This document shows, one piece after another, positions 63,610-64,000 of a DNA stretch of 64,000 bases. A program made the position numbers and the translations under genes. Position 1 is the first letter of the stretch; the number at the start of each line of letters is the position of its first letter. A model generated the notes under the pieces. That model saw only the letters and a list, made by a program, of their open reading frames with translations. It did no database searches and was not told where the DNA came from. Source of the stretch: Lama glama (lineage: Eukaryota); contig CM052821.1 in the NCBI GenBank assembly GCA_028534125.1, forward strand, positions 55,056,001-55,120,000, in the 5' to 3' direction.

Positions 63610-63795
63610 CACTTCCAACCCTGGGCTCTGCAACTTGCCAGTGTGACCTGGTACAGGGCATAGGGGGGCCTCTGTGTCTCAGGGTCCCTATTCCAGTGTG
63701 GGCATAATAATAATAATTTCTCCAAACACCTTCAAGATTAGAAAACATGAAACAGAACCTGAAACAGCATCAGCACCCAATAAATGGCAGCTATG
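63610..63795 (+). mobile_element. MIR fragment
   Basis: ggctctgcaacttgccagtgtgacctgg...ctctgtgtctcag...ataataataat...gcacccaataaatggcagcta. Confidence 0.6.
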
Positions 63796-64000
63796 AACTA
63801 AGATACACGGCCCCCTAAATGCTCCAAGTATCTACCAAGTCTGCAGAGAGAAACTCCGGTGATGCTCAGATGCGTATTCAAGAGAACTAACTTGTCCCCG
63901 GAGTTATGAAGTTCTCAGTCCCTGCGCAGGAGGCTGTCTACCTGCTGTTGTGTCGCCCATGCTCCATCAATGCTGAGGAAGGCAAGGAGGCGGGGGGGGG

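Noticed and set aside
1-64000. CRISPR arrays, operons or other prokaryotic systems
   Set aside because: The sequence is clearly mammalian (let-7, MIR, L1, L2, MLT1) and no regularly spaced repeats were seen.

Overview
This is very GC-rich mammalian genomic DNA with no credible protein-coding gene. It is almost certainly camelid (alpaca/llama/camel): it carries two tRNA-Ala-derived Vic-1-type SINEs and no recognisable Alu, Bov-A/BovB or PRE-1. The anchor is the let-7a-3 / let-7b microRNA cluster on the + strand (mature 5p arms at 36891-36912 and 37632-37653), followed by AATAAA at 37818. This identifies the ortholog of the human MIRLET7BHG locus, which lies between WNT7B and PPARA in human; neither gene is recognisable in the window. 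Upstream are CpG islands (~1-1480 with a 180-N gap, ~8.5-9.35 kb, ~28.9-29.5 kb), candidate splice sites for a long non-coding host transcript, and a ~1.4 kb AT-rich unique block at ~10.8-12.2 kb. The rest is unique GC-rich DNA with old repeats (MIR, L2, L1M, MLT1 LTRs, hAT-Charlie). The most notable observations are a seed-changing but structure-preserving variant of let-7a-3-3p, an apparent local AT-to-GC substitution bias, and a possible decayed let-7-like hairpin between the two miRNAs. I found no solid evidence for a wholly new biological system. Comparisons to human and repeat consensus sequences are from memory, repeat boundaries are approximate, and both need confirmation by alignment.
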